This document shows positions 30,081-40,369 of a DNA stretch of 64,000 nucleotides, in pieces. The notes under the pieces were generated by a model that was given only the letters and a program-made list of their open reading frames with translations, had not been told where the DNA came from and did not search any database. The DNA lies in contig CAWDSK010000003.1 of the NCBI GenBank assembly GCA_963804995.1, forward strand, positions 608,001-672,000, in the 5' to 3' direction. Each line of letters opens with the position of its first letter. The first letter of the stretch is position 1. The translations under genes and the position numbers were made by a program. This DNA is from an uncultured Acidobacteriota bacterium. Its GTDB lineage: Bacteria > Acidobacteriota > Terriglobia > UBA7540.

Positions 30081-30458
30081 TACGGTTAGCAACAATATTA
30101 TAAATGGTAAAACATGATGACAATGTGTCCTGTGGATAGGGGTCGAAAAGCCGTGGAAAACCTCCGTGTGACGAGGGAGAATTCCGTGGGGGAATGGCGC
30201 TCGCTGCCGATCCGCAATGAAGAAAATGCCGGCCGGGCGTCTACGGCCCAAAGTCTAAACCCATGATCCCGCCCCTCCTTTAACGAGTGATAGGCTACAT
30301 AGATAAGCTACCCACTCTCTTCCCGCCCGGCCAGACCCTGACCCCGCAAATCAAACTACCCCACTACCCAAAAGTCCCGGAGCTGTGCTACCGTGGGCGG
30401 CGCGAAAGAGGCGAATCTTGGTTGGGAGTGAAGTAAATACCCAGGGGAGGTTGGATTC

Positions 30459-32924
30459 ATGCGACGCAAAAATCTGACGCGGAGAGAGTTTATTCAAACA
30501 ACTTCTGTAGGTATGGGTGCGGCGGGGCTAATACCGTGGGCAACAGAGGGGCCACAAGGCGTCGCCAGGGAGGCGACAGCCGCCAGCCGCTCGCTCGGCA
30601 ACACGTTCAAGAACAACTTATCCCCACACGCGCACCCTGCCACGGGGGGGAGCTGGGCGGGGGTCGACCAGGTATTGTCCGGCTTTGAGCGCCCGTTGAT
30701 CTTCCCGACTCCGCAACAGTTGGAATTGCGCGACGCGCCGTTTGCCCTGAACCCGGAATGCGCCATCGTGCTTCCCCTGATGGCCTCTTCAAGCGACAGT
30801 GCGTTGGCTCGCTTTCTTTCGGAGGAAATGAGTGACCGGTATGATGTGCAATTGAAAATGCAGCCCCTCGATAGGCTTCCTGCCGCCGGCAAATTCATTT
30901 TGATCGGGTCGATTCAGAATCCCCTGGTTCGCGACTTCTGCCAGCAGAACCACCTGGATGTTACTGCACAAAATCCTGGTCCGGAAGGCTACGTATTGCA
31001 CGTGAGCGAACACGCAGCGATCGTGGCCGGCAGCGATGAGCGCGGAGCTTTCTACGGTCTGCAATCGCTGCGGCAATTGATCTCGCGGCGCGAGCGTGGC
31101 CTTGAGATTCCCGGTGTGCAGGTGTGCGACTGGCCCGACAAACCGTTTCGAGGCTTCAAGCTCTATGTGCCGGGACAAACCAGCATTCCGTTTTTCCGCC
31201 GCTTCGTGCGCGAAGTGTTGGCGCTCTACAAATTCAATACCCTGATGGTAGAGATGAACGGCTGCATGCGGCTCGATCGCCATCCGGAAGTCAACGCCGG
31301 GGCGATGGAATATGCGCGCGACACGAATTACAGCCTGCGAAATTATCCGCCCGGGCCGGTCCATAATCGCGAACAGAATTCCTCCCACCAGGATTGCGGT
31401 GACGGCGGCCTGCTGGAAAAGGATGAGGTGGCAGGCCTGGTGCGCTGGGCCGAGGCGCACCATATCGAAGTCGTGCCGGAAGTTCCCTCCTTCACACACA
31501 GCTTCTATCTGCTGTCGCGACACCGGGACCTGTCAGACGTTCCTGGCGACAAGTGGCCCGACACGTTTTGCCCTTCCGAGCCACGCAGCTACCAGCTTCT
31601 CTTCGATGTGATGGATGAATACATCGAGGTCATGAAGCCGCGCCTGATTCATGTCGGCCACGATGAATGGTTCGCGCCCTTCGGAGTTTGCCCGCGCTGC
31701 CAGGGGAAAGATCCGGGCGAGCTTCTGGGCCAGGACTTGCGCAAGACTCATGACTACCTCGCGGACCAGGACATCAAAATGGCGATTTGGGGTGACTACC
31801 TGCTCCAAACCGTCCGCGGCACGGGCTTGCAAAAGCGCACATCCCCTGACGGCTGGAAGTACACTTCGGCCGGCGGCATGACTCCGCAGCAGGTGAAGGA
31901 CTTGGTTCCCAAAGACATCCTGCTCTTCAACTGGTTTTGGGGGGAGGAGGATCGCGGGGTGGTGAATGAGGTGCAATTGGACGAATGGGGGTTCCAGCAG
32001 ATCTATGGCAATATGGAGCCCGACATCGCCCATTACGTGGAGCGCAGCAAGCGCCAGACGATTATCGGCGGGGCGCCTTCGTCGTGGTCAGCAACGACCG
32101 AGTACAATATCAGCAAGGATTTGATGTTCAGCGCTCTGGGTTGCAGCAATTTGCTCTGGTCAAAAAAGGTTTTGGGACTCCCGGAGATCGCGAAAATTAA
32201 CCAGAGTTCCCTTCCCTGGCTGCGCCCTCGGCTGAGAGGCAGGGCTTTGCCCAGCGAAATGGGTGACATCGTGGCGCCGGTAGATATTTCTAATTCTTTC
32301 AATGTATCAGCGGTGGAATCTACGCTGAAGATCGACCTTAGTGGAATGCGCGCGGGGCGTATGGCGAGCGGACCCCGCGTGTTCGAGTTGCCCGGGAATA
32401 CCCAATCAGCGGTCATTGTAAGTGTGGAGGGGGCAACACCCAATTCCCTTCCCCGCGAGGTCACGGTGAAAGTCGGCGAAGCCGCTACGAGCCTGCTCTT
32501 CCTGCACGCTTGTGCCAAGCCGGCGACGAATAAGGAAGGCTACCGGCTGATCTGGGATATGGTCGACACTGCGGATTTGCTGGGCTGGTATGAAGTTGTT
32601 TATGAAGATGGCTTGCCTGAGATCATACCGATTCGCTATGGCGTGAACATCCAGGAGTGGAATTGGGGGCAGGTAGAGGCCTCCCGCAAGGGGTGTTACG
32701 ACGCCGAAGCCCTGATTTGCGGAAAGGCGGGGGAGACACCGATCACGTTTTTTGCTTTCGAATGGGCGAGCCCACGCCTGGGGAAGGTCATCAAAGAGGT
32801 ACGCCTTAAGGGTTCGACGGGTTTCCGCGGCGCTGTGCCAGGCTTTGAGAACGCATGGGGTGCGGTCATCCCCAACAACGCCGTAATCTTGAAAGCCCTG
32901 AGCTATGTGAAGCCGCGAGGGTAA
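30459..32924 (+). CDS. Tat-exported GH20 family hexosaminidase with an extra C-terminal domain
   Basis: TRREFI signal; PEGYVL, DWPDKPFRG and HVGHDE motifs. Confidence 0.88.
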   Translation: MRRKNLTRREFIQTTSVGMGAAGLIPWATEGPQGVAREATAASRSLGNTFKNNLSPHAHPATGGSWAGVDQVLSGFERPLIFPTPQQLELRDAPFALNPECAIVLPLMASSSDSALARFLSEEMSDRYDVQLKMQPLDRLPAAGKFILIGSIQNPLVRDFCQQNHLDVTAQNPGPEGYVLHVSEHAAIVAGSDERGAFYGLQSLRQLISRRERGLEIPGVQVCDWPDKPFRGFKLYVPGQTSIPFFRRFVREVLALYKFNTLMVEMNGCMRLDRHPEVNAGAMEYARDTNYSLRNYPPGPVHNREQNSSHQDCGDGGLLEKDEVAGLVRWAEAHHIEVVPEVPSFTHSFYLLSRHRDLSDVPGDKWPDTFCPSEPRSYQLLFDVMDEYIEVMKPRLIHVGHDEWFAPFGVCPRCQGKDPGELLGQDLRKTHDYLADQDIKMAIWGDYLLQTVRGTGLQKRTSPDGWKYTSAGGMTPQQVKDLVPKDILLFNWFWGEEDRGVVNEVQLDEWGFQQIYGNMEPDIAHYVERSKRQTIIGGAPSSWSATTEYNISKDLMFSALGCSNLLWSKKVLGLPEIAKINQSSLPWLRPRLRGRALPSEMGDIVAPVDISNSFNVSAVESTLKIDLSGMRAGRMASGPRVFELPGNTQSAVIVSVEGATPNSLPREVTVKVGEAATSLLFLHACAKPATNKEGYRLIWDMVDTADLLGWYEVVYEDGLPEIIPIRYGVNIQEWNWGQVEASRKGCYDAEALICGKAGETPITFFAFEWASPRLGKVIKEVRLKGSTGFRGAVPGFENAWGAVIPNNAVILKALSYVKPRG

Positions 32925-32948
32925 GCACGCGAAGGGAGAAGTGTAGGC

Positions 32949-33926
32949 ATGGGTCTAAACGATCATCGGCAAGCTACTGAGTCGTTGCACATCCGGGGGG
33001 TCGTGCCGATTATCCCCACGCCTTTCCGCGACGATCAGGAAATTGACTGGAAGAACCTGCACGCGCTGATCGACTTTGCTTGCGCCACGGGAGCTTGCGC
33101 GGTGTGTTTGCCTGCCTACGCAAGCGAGTTCTACAAGCTATCTGAGGAGGAGAGACGACAGGCCGTCGCGGAGGCGGTCGAGCATATGTCCGGTCGCCTT
33201 CCCGTGATCGCGCAGGTGAATTCGTTTTCTTCAAGACAAGCCCGGGAGACGGCGGTTGCGGCGCAGCAGGCAGGTGCGAGTGGCGTGGGCGTGTCGGTGC
33301 CGCGCCTATTCGCCTTAGCGGAACGCGACCTTTTCCGCTACTTCGACCGAATCCTCACGGCGATTGATATTCCTTTAGTGATTCAGGATTTTAATCCCGG
33401 CGGCCCAACTATAAGTACTGAGTTCATCGCAAAACTGCATGAGGTTCACCCGCACTTCCGCTACGTAAAACTCGAAGAACCCATGATGGCCACCAAAGTA
33501 ACGGCCATCGCTCAACGGACTTCCGGCAAGGTGGGAGTGCTGGAAGGCTGGGGAGGAATGTACATGCTGGAGCTGATTCCCGCGGGGATTTGCGGAATTA
33601 TGCCCAGCTTGGGGATAGCGGATGTTCTGGTTAAGGTGTTCCAGCTTGCAGAAGAGAATCGCCAAAATGAAGCGTATGAAATCTTCCAAGGGGTGCTGCC
33701 CCTGATTTCGTTCAGTCTCCAGAATCTGGAACTCCTTCACCATGTGGAGAAGTCTGTGCTCATGGCGCGCGGCATTATCGGCAATCCCGTGGTGAGAGAG
33801 GCTAACCTCGAACTCGGTCCCTTCGACAAACGACACATGGATTTTCTGATCGGCAAAATCCTGGAATTACTCAACCGCCTCGGGCTTTCCCGGAATCCCA
33901 ATGCTACAAGGTCGCCCGACGCATAG
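32949..33926 (+). CDS. DapA-family lyase/dehydratase
   Basis: PTPF, ASEF, IQD and YVKLE motifs. Confidence 0.88.
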   Translation: MGLNDHRQATESLHIRGVVPIIPTPFRDDQEIDWKNLHALIDFACATGACAVCLPAYASEFYKLSEEERRQAVAEAVEHMSGRLPVIAQVNSFSSRQARETAVAAQQAGASGVGVSVPRLFALAERDLFRYFDRILTAIDIPLVIQDFNPGGPTISTEFIAKLHEVHPHFRYVKLEEPMMATKVTAIAQRTSGKVGVLEGWGGMYMLELIPAGICGIMPSLGIADVLVKVFQLAEENRQNEAYEIFQGVLPLISFSLQNLELLHHVEKSVLMARGIIGNPVVREANLELGPFDKRHMDFLIGKILELLNRLGLSRNPNATRSPDA

Positions 33927-33946
33927 CTGCGGAAAGGACGGTTACC

Positions 33947-35581
33947 GTGAACGGTGCGGATTTATTGGTGCAGGAGCTACTCCAGCGGGGAGTGGCGTTT
34001 GTCTCCACCCTGTGCGGCCATGGCTTGAATCCATTTTTTGTGGCGTGCCACGCGCAAGGCTTAAGACTGGTCGACACTCGCAATGAACAAGCGGCCGCCT
34101 ATCTGGCCGAAGCCTATGGCCGCTTAAGCCGCCGGGTGGGAGTGTGCGCAGTCAGCAGTGGCGTGGCTCACGTGAACGCCTTGACGGGTGTGACCAATGC
34201 GCACTTCGATGGCTCGCCCATGCTCCTGCTGAGTGGCAGCGGCGCCGTGTCGACAATGGGCCTGGGCCATTTCCAGGATCTCAACCAGGTGGCAGTGGCC
34301 GCCCCGCTTTGCAAGTTCGCCGAAACGGTGACGGTACCGGAGCGCATTCCCCAGCTTGTCGAACAGGCTTTTGCGGCGGCTACTTCGGGACGGCCAGGAC
34401 CTGTGCACCTCACCATTCCCTTGGATGTTCAGAGCGCCGAGGTGAAACTGGAAAGCGTCGTGAAGTCGGCAACCCGCACTGCGAAGGTGGAGCAACATGC
34501 CTGCGGCGATCCGCAGGCAATCACCGAGGTTGTGAGGTTGTTGGGTGAAGCCAAGAGACCCCTGCTGGTCGCCGGCAGTGGGGTTTTTTATGCCGAGGGT
34601 GGGGAGGCTCTCGCGTCATTTGCGAAGGCCTGCGCGGTGCCTGTACTGGTGCCCATTTGGGACCGCGGTTCAGTTGACAAGCCTTTACTAGAGTTTATGG
34701 GGGTTGCAGGGGCTGCAACAGGGGGGCTGCGGCTGTTGGCGGACGCGGATCTGGTTATTCTGCTGGGCGTGCATTTTGATTACAGGATTGGATATCTCCA
34801 ACCCCCTGCGGTCCATCCCCAGGCGAAAGTTGTGCGCGTTGATGTTGACCCGTCTGAACTTAGCCGGGGAGTGAAAGCCCAGATCACGATCCAGGGTGAC
34901 GCGCGTTCAGTCTTGACGCAACTTCTGGAGGAAGCGCAAGGGCAGGGTACACAACCCCACACATCGTGGTTGAAAGAAGCTGAATCGAGACGAGAGCAAT
35001 TTCGCAAAAAGTGCTGGGACAACGCGCGCCGCCCTGCTGCTGGTTGTCACGCCATTGACATTTTGTCAGCCCTGCAAGCGGTCCTGACTGACGACACGGT
35101 GCTCCTGATTGATGGCGGCAACATCGGCCAGTGGGCGCACCAGATCCTGGTTGATCGCTACCCCGGGCACTGGCTTACCTGTGGAGCGAGCGCCGTGGTG
35201 GGATACGGATTGCCTGCGGCGATGGCCGCGCGGGTGATGTACCCGCAGCGTCCGGTCATTTTGCTGTCCGGTGATGGGGCACTGGGGTTCACGATTGCGG
35301 AATTAGAGGCAGCCGCTCGCCAAGGGATCAACTTTGTGGTTGTACTAGCGGATGACGCCGCCTGGGGCATCACGCTTACCGAACATGTGCGATCCTACGG
35401 TCACGGCTTGGCTAGCGAACTGGGGCCGGTACGTTTTGACCAAGTCGCGGAGGGCTTTGGGGTGATCGGCGTGCACGTATCAAAGCCCGAGGAGATTCAG
35501 CCGGCCATTGTTAAGGGTTTAGCGGAGAAGCGGCCAGTGCTTATCCACGTGCCGATTGTGAAGAGCAATCCGACCGACTGA
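33947..35581 (+). CDS. Thiamine pyrophosphate-binding protein (ALS-like)
   Basis: RNEQAA, RPGPVHL and GDGA motifs. Confidence 0.9.
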   Translation: MNGADLLVQELLQRGVAFVSTLCGHGLNPFFVACHAQGLRLVDTRNEQAAAYLAEAYGRLSRRVGVCAVSSGVAHVNALTGVTNAHFDGSPMLLLSGSGAVSTMGLGHFQDLNQVAVAAPLCKFAETVTVPERIPQLVEQAFAAATSGRPGPVHLTIPLDVQSAEVKLESVVKSATRTAKVEQHACGDPQAITEVVRLLGEAKRPLLVAGSGVFYAEGGEALASFAKACAVPVLVPIWDRGSVDKPLLEFMGVAGAATGGLRLLADADLVILLGVHFDYRIGYLQPPAVHPQAKVVRVDVDPSELSRGVKAQITIQGDARSVLTQLLEEAQGQGTQPHTSWLKEAESRREQFRKKCWDNARRPAAGCHAIDILSALQAVLTDDTVLLIDGGNIGQWAHQILVDRYPGHWLTCGASAVVGYGLPAAMAARVMYPQRPVILLSGDGALGFTIAELEAAARQGINFVVVLADDAAWGITLTEHVRSYGHGLASELGPVRFDQVAEGFGVIGVHVSKPEEIQPAIVKGLAEKRPVLIHVPIVKSNPTD

Positions 35582-35593
35582 GTGTTTTCGACG

Positions 35594-35910
35594 AGTAACC
35601 CCTCACCCGTCCTCCTACGTCGGCCACCCTCTCCCCTCGGAGAGGGCTATGATTCCCGCCTTTGCCATGTATGTGTCAAAGCAGTCCTGAGCCCTTTACA
35701 AGTAACCCCTCACCCGTCCCGCCCCGGCTGGTGAAAACGCCGGTTGCGGTCCACCCTCTCCCGCCACGGCGGATCTGCGACCCCTCGGAGAGGGCTATGA
35801 TTCTTAACTTTGCCACGTAAGAATCAAAGCAATCCTATGCCCGCCGAGTGACCCCTCACCCGTCCTCCTACGTCGGCCACCCTCTCCCCTTGGAGAGGGC
35901 TATGATTTTC
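35594..35910 (+). repeat. Three tandem family A units sharing a common tail
   Basis: Units at 35598, 35706 and 35852, each followed by ctatgatt...gcca. Confidence 0.88.
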
Positions 35911-35930
35911 GCCATGCGCAGACAGGCGCC

Positions 35931-35970
35931 AAAAAAAATCCTGAGGCCGCGGGAGCGACCTCAGGATTTG
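35931..35970. terminator. Probable intrinsic terminator (minus strand, maybe bidirectional)
   Basis: aaaaaaaatcctgagg-loop-cctcaggattt between convergent genes. Confidence 0.6.
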
Positions 35971-36095
35971 TACGTCAAAATCAACAACTTTCAGGATTCC
36001 TGGTCATCCGCTTTCAGCCTGCCCGGCCAACCTATCCCGACGTTCGGGATTGGGAAGCCAGCCTCTACGAAAGGCCAGCAGCGGACGCCCCAGGG

Positions 36096-39000
36096 TTAGT
36101 ACACGAATTTCAGCCCCAACTGAAGCTGCCGCATGCTGGTGTTGGTGCCTGTGATCGTCCCAAAGTTCGAGGAACTGTAATCCGAATTCCAAAATGCGAA
36201 GCTCGGGTGATTGGTCGCGTTGAAAGCTTCAAAACGAAGTTGGATGTACTTTCCCTCCCGGATCACAAACCGCTTCATGATATTCGTGTCAAAGTTGCCG
36301 AGCCACGGTCCGATCACGGTATTTCGCCCCACGTTACCGTAGCAATAACAGTTAGGAACCATGTACGCAGCGGGGTTGATCCATTCATGAATGCTCGGGT
36401 TGGGGGGCCTTAGGGGTAATATCCCCGAGTAGCTGGGACGATCATAGCCCCCTTCTGAGTTATTCACCTGGTCTACATCAGTGGTCAAGTCGACGGGGAA
36501 GCCGGTCTCCATGGTGAGAATTCCCCCCACTTCCCAGCCGCCCAGAATGGCATTGACCACGCCACCCTGATTCAAGAAGTGGCGGCCCTTGCCAGCGGGC
36601 AGATCATACAGGAACGACGTGACGGCCCGGTGCTCCACATGCAAATTCGATAAGCCACGATCGGCATTCAAATTATAGGGATCCTGCGGGAAAAGGCTGT
36701 CCCCAGCGTGTTCCCGAACGGCACTCCCATTGTCGATGTCCTTGCTCCATGTGTAAACCTGGTTCAGGGACAGACCATGCGAGGTCTTCTTGGATAGTCT
36801 GACCGATAACGCGTGATAGTTTCCACTGACAAAGGGTTCATTCCCCTGGATGACCCCAAAGGTCGGGTACGGTCTCCGGGGTGTCACAGGGCCAGGACCA
36901 GGGATGGGGGGATCGTTACCATCGATCAGTTTCCAGAGGGAGTGACTCATGTTACCCATGTACCCTACCGTGATCATCGTGGTGGGAGTAAGCTGCCGCT
37001 GCACGTCGAAGAGGTACTGATAGACGTAAGGAGTATGCAAGTTGGGACCCTCGGCCAGCGTGAAGGGAGCCTTCACAGTTTGTCCTCCGGCAGACCCAAG
37101 GGGGATTTCGAAGCTGAGGTCGAGTTTCGCTGCATCATACCCAATCTGGCGGCGCGCCGCCAGGTTCCGTCCCTCATCAAACATATAGTTAGCCATGTCC
37201 TGCGTGTAGAACATGCCGCCGCCTAGCCGGATAATCCAATTGGGGGACACACTATAAGCAATTCCCAGGCGCGGAGCAAAATCATCCTTCCATACGCAAT
37301 ACCCTGCATTCCCCATGCAGGGAATATCACTCGTTCTGGCGGTGATGAGCCCCCCCCCAAATGTAAAATTCGCCGGAATCTTATCGTAGAAGTTGCCCTT
37401 CCCCGGGCGAACCTCCACCGCGATATCCGTCCCGGGCACCCCTGTCACGGTCCCTCCTGTCACGGGATTAACGCCAATCACTGACTGGTTGGCGGGAGGG
37501 TACCAAATATTCGCTGTGTTGTTGTGCTTTTCAACATAGGGGGAAACATATTCATATCGCACCCCCATGCTGATCGTGAGTTTGGGCGTAACCTTCCAAG
37601 TGTCATCAATAAAGTAGGCTTGGGAGGTGTTGCGCAATTCCGTCTGCGCCAGGGCCAGGGCGCCGTCGAACAGAGAATCTATGCCCAACATGTAGTCCGC
37701 CGAGCCAATGCCCCCGTTGAAATCCGGCGGACCGGTGGAGGTGGCGGCGTTACTGAAGAAGCTAAACGAACCACGAATGAAGGAATTGCCTGCGGAATTG
37801 AATTGGTCACGGCGAATATCCGCGCCCATCCGGAGGGAGTGTTTCCCGTGGACTTTGGCCAAGGTGTCAGCCCACTGGAAGGTGTTGTCCCAAATCAGGA
37901 AGGGGACATCAGAACTGTCGCCCCATCCCGACACATCGCTGGGCCCGATTGACGGGAGGCCGTAGATCGCGGGGTAGGGTGTGGCAACTCCCGCGAAGCC
38001 GCCCAACTGCCCAACGACGTTATTAGTCGTGTAGGCGTTAAAGTTCAGGACGCCATTGATCAGGCGGTTGTAGCCAAACCGGAAATCGTTCACCAACGTG
38101 GGATTGATGGTTCGCACGTTCGACAGCACAAATTGAAAGGCGTGGGTGGCGAGGCGAGTGTTCACGTTGTCAATCGGCCCGTTGATGACTTGGCCCACCT
38201 CAGCGCTCTGGCTATAGCGGCCAAACCAGGAGGAATTGGCGCTCTGGTTGAAGTCGCCCCGGACCGTGTATTCGTCGTTCACCTGGGTTTGCGGGAAGTT
38301 GGCAAACAGATTGTTTCCAGTCAACGCCGTGGTGGTGGGCAGGGGCTCGTAGGCCAGAAGCTTAAGGGCAAAGGGATCGAGACGCGAGGGACCTGGGCAA
38401 TTGCTCCCATTGGGAATCATATTGGCCCCACCGCATTCGCTGGCAAACGTCTTGACGCTAACCACCGAATTCCCGTCCGGACTCAGCACCCGAGTGGCGG
38501 GATCATAGAGCGTAGGGTAACCCCCACCCGCAGCCGTATAATCCCCTTGGCGCTGCGCTGGGGTCATCGCAATACCCGCTTGGGGCGAGGCTACGCTTGA
38601 CCGGAAGCCTTCGTAATTGAACATAAAGAAGGCCTTGTTCCGGCCATCGAACACTTTGGGGATGTACACCGGCCCCCCCACCACACCTCCAAACTGGTTT
38701 TGGTGCAGGATGTTTCCTGGAGGGCAAGTCCCCTCGAAGTTGAAGCAGTAGGCTTGGGCGTCCGTAGAAGAATTTCGCACGAATTCGAAGAGGGACCCGT
38801 GGAGGGTGTTGGTGCCGGCCTTCGTGGAAACGTTGATTTGGGCCGTCCCGCGGCCGAATTCCGCCGGGAAGACGCCGGTTTGGATCTCTGAACTCCTGGA
38901 TGGCGTCGATGGACGGCAGGAAGGTGTAAGTGTTAAAACTTACGTCCGTATTGCTGATTCCATCGATCGAGTAATAGTCAAATTCGGGGCGGCCCCCAGC

Positions 39001-39561
39001 CACCGAGATGTCCTCGTTGTTGCGGGTGCCACCCATACGGCTGGTCGCCGCGCCCACATCCGGAGAATACCCGTACATCACGTTGGCGTCGAGGGCGGTC
39101 AATGACAAGAAGTTGCGACCGTCCAAGGGAAGGTCTACAATGCGTTCGTTTTCAATCACCGAGCCTACCGTGGCGTTTTCGGTGTTCAGGGCGATCGCAG
39201 AGCCCGCAACCTCAATCACTTGCGTGACCTGCCCGACCTGCATCGTGAAGTTCAAGCGCCGAGCTTGCTGCACCTGCAACTCCACACCTTTGGTTACCGC
39301 CGTCTGGAAGCCCTTCACCTCAACGCTGACGGTGTAAAGGCCAGGCACCAGGGCGGGAATGTCATAGACACCCGCGTTGTCCGATTCGACGACACGCATA
39401 CCATGCGTGCCCTCGTTGGTGGCAGTGACCTTAGCGCCCGGAATCGATGCCTCGGAAGAATCGGTGATGGTTCCGGTAATAGAAGCTTCAGTTTGAGCCC
39501 ATAGGTTAAAGCCCGCAGCTAAAGCGACAAACAGTCCGAATGCAACTAACACCCTTCTCAT
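36096..39561 (-). CDS. TonB-dependent receptor (Oar-like, carboxypeptidase-regulatory N-domain), frameshifted near 38887
   Basis: LPLDGRNF, PSIDAIQEF and terminal QLGLKFVY; one extra base relative to the paralog at 45836-45850. Confidence 0.9.
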
Positions 39562-40134
39562 GTCGCCTCCTCTGAAAATGTAGGTTTGTGGCTACTGCAT
39601 ACTGCGCACGCGCCGTCCAAATTCAAAAACGTCTCCGCCGGGAGAGTGTGAATAGGTGAAGCCAGCTAACCTTGCATATTCTGTACTGTTGAAAACTTAA
39701 ATGACTACCTGCGTCCAGTGTTCACATACCGTGATCTACCACAACCAGATGAAAAGATCGCGAGCACGAACGTGGCCAAAGATTAGTATTATCTAATTGA
39801 ATGAAAACACAGTGATTACGTTCTATTTATCGAAATCGCACGGCTATCCTGATATGACTTTTGGTAGACCATATTCCAATATCTAAATTGACCCGAAAAG
39901 GTTGGCAGGATTTTTGAATGGCAAGGGGATGAGCAGTGACATTATGTCGTATTATGATTATGACATATGCTATGTCTCGATATAGCATACTGCAAAATAC
40001 GTCCTGTCCCGTAGCAGTCGAAACAGAAGGGGTTCATCGTCTGCCTCGAAAGGACGGCATCGACAATGATTAAAGCAGAGCAGGGGGCGTGGAATCGGGA
40101 TCCTTTGAAGGCAGGTCGATGCGGTTTCGGGAGG

Positions 40135-40347
40135 CTAGTGTGGTGTCCCGGTTAATATTTGACAAGGCTGTCCGACCCCCTCACCCCCCAACCCCTCTGT
40201 CGCCGCGGCGACCGAGGGGAGAGTCAATTTTCTTGCCCTCGCCCCTTTGGGGGAGAGGGTGGCTGGCCGAGGCGTTCTCATCAGCCGAGGCCAGACGGGT
40301 GAGGGGGTTCTACCCATTGTCAACTCTAACACGGGACACCACACTAG
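40135..40347. mobile_element. MITE-like element: perfect 16-bp CTAG-ended TIRs enclosing a family A composite
   Basis: ctagtgtggtgtcccg / cgggacaccacactag. Confidence 0.8.
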
Positions 40348-40369
40348 GGGCGGCGACATCTGATGCCCC

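Noticed and set aside
35594..35910. CRISPR array
   Set aside because: The repeats are long and variable, the spacers resemble each other, and no cas genes are present.
39562..40088. ncRNA in the AT-rich leader of the TonB receptor
   Set aside because: Only short palindromes near 39938-39990 are visible; they may be operators, but no RNA structure can be supported.
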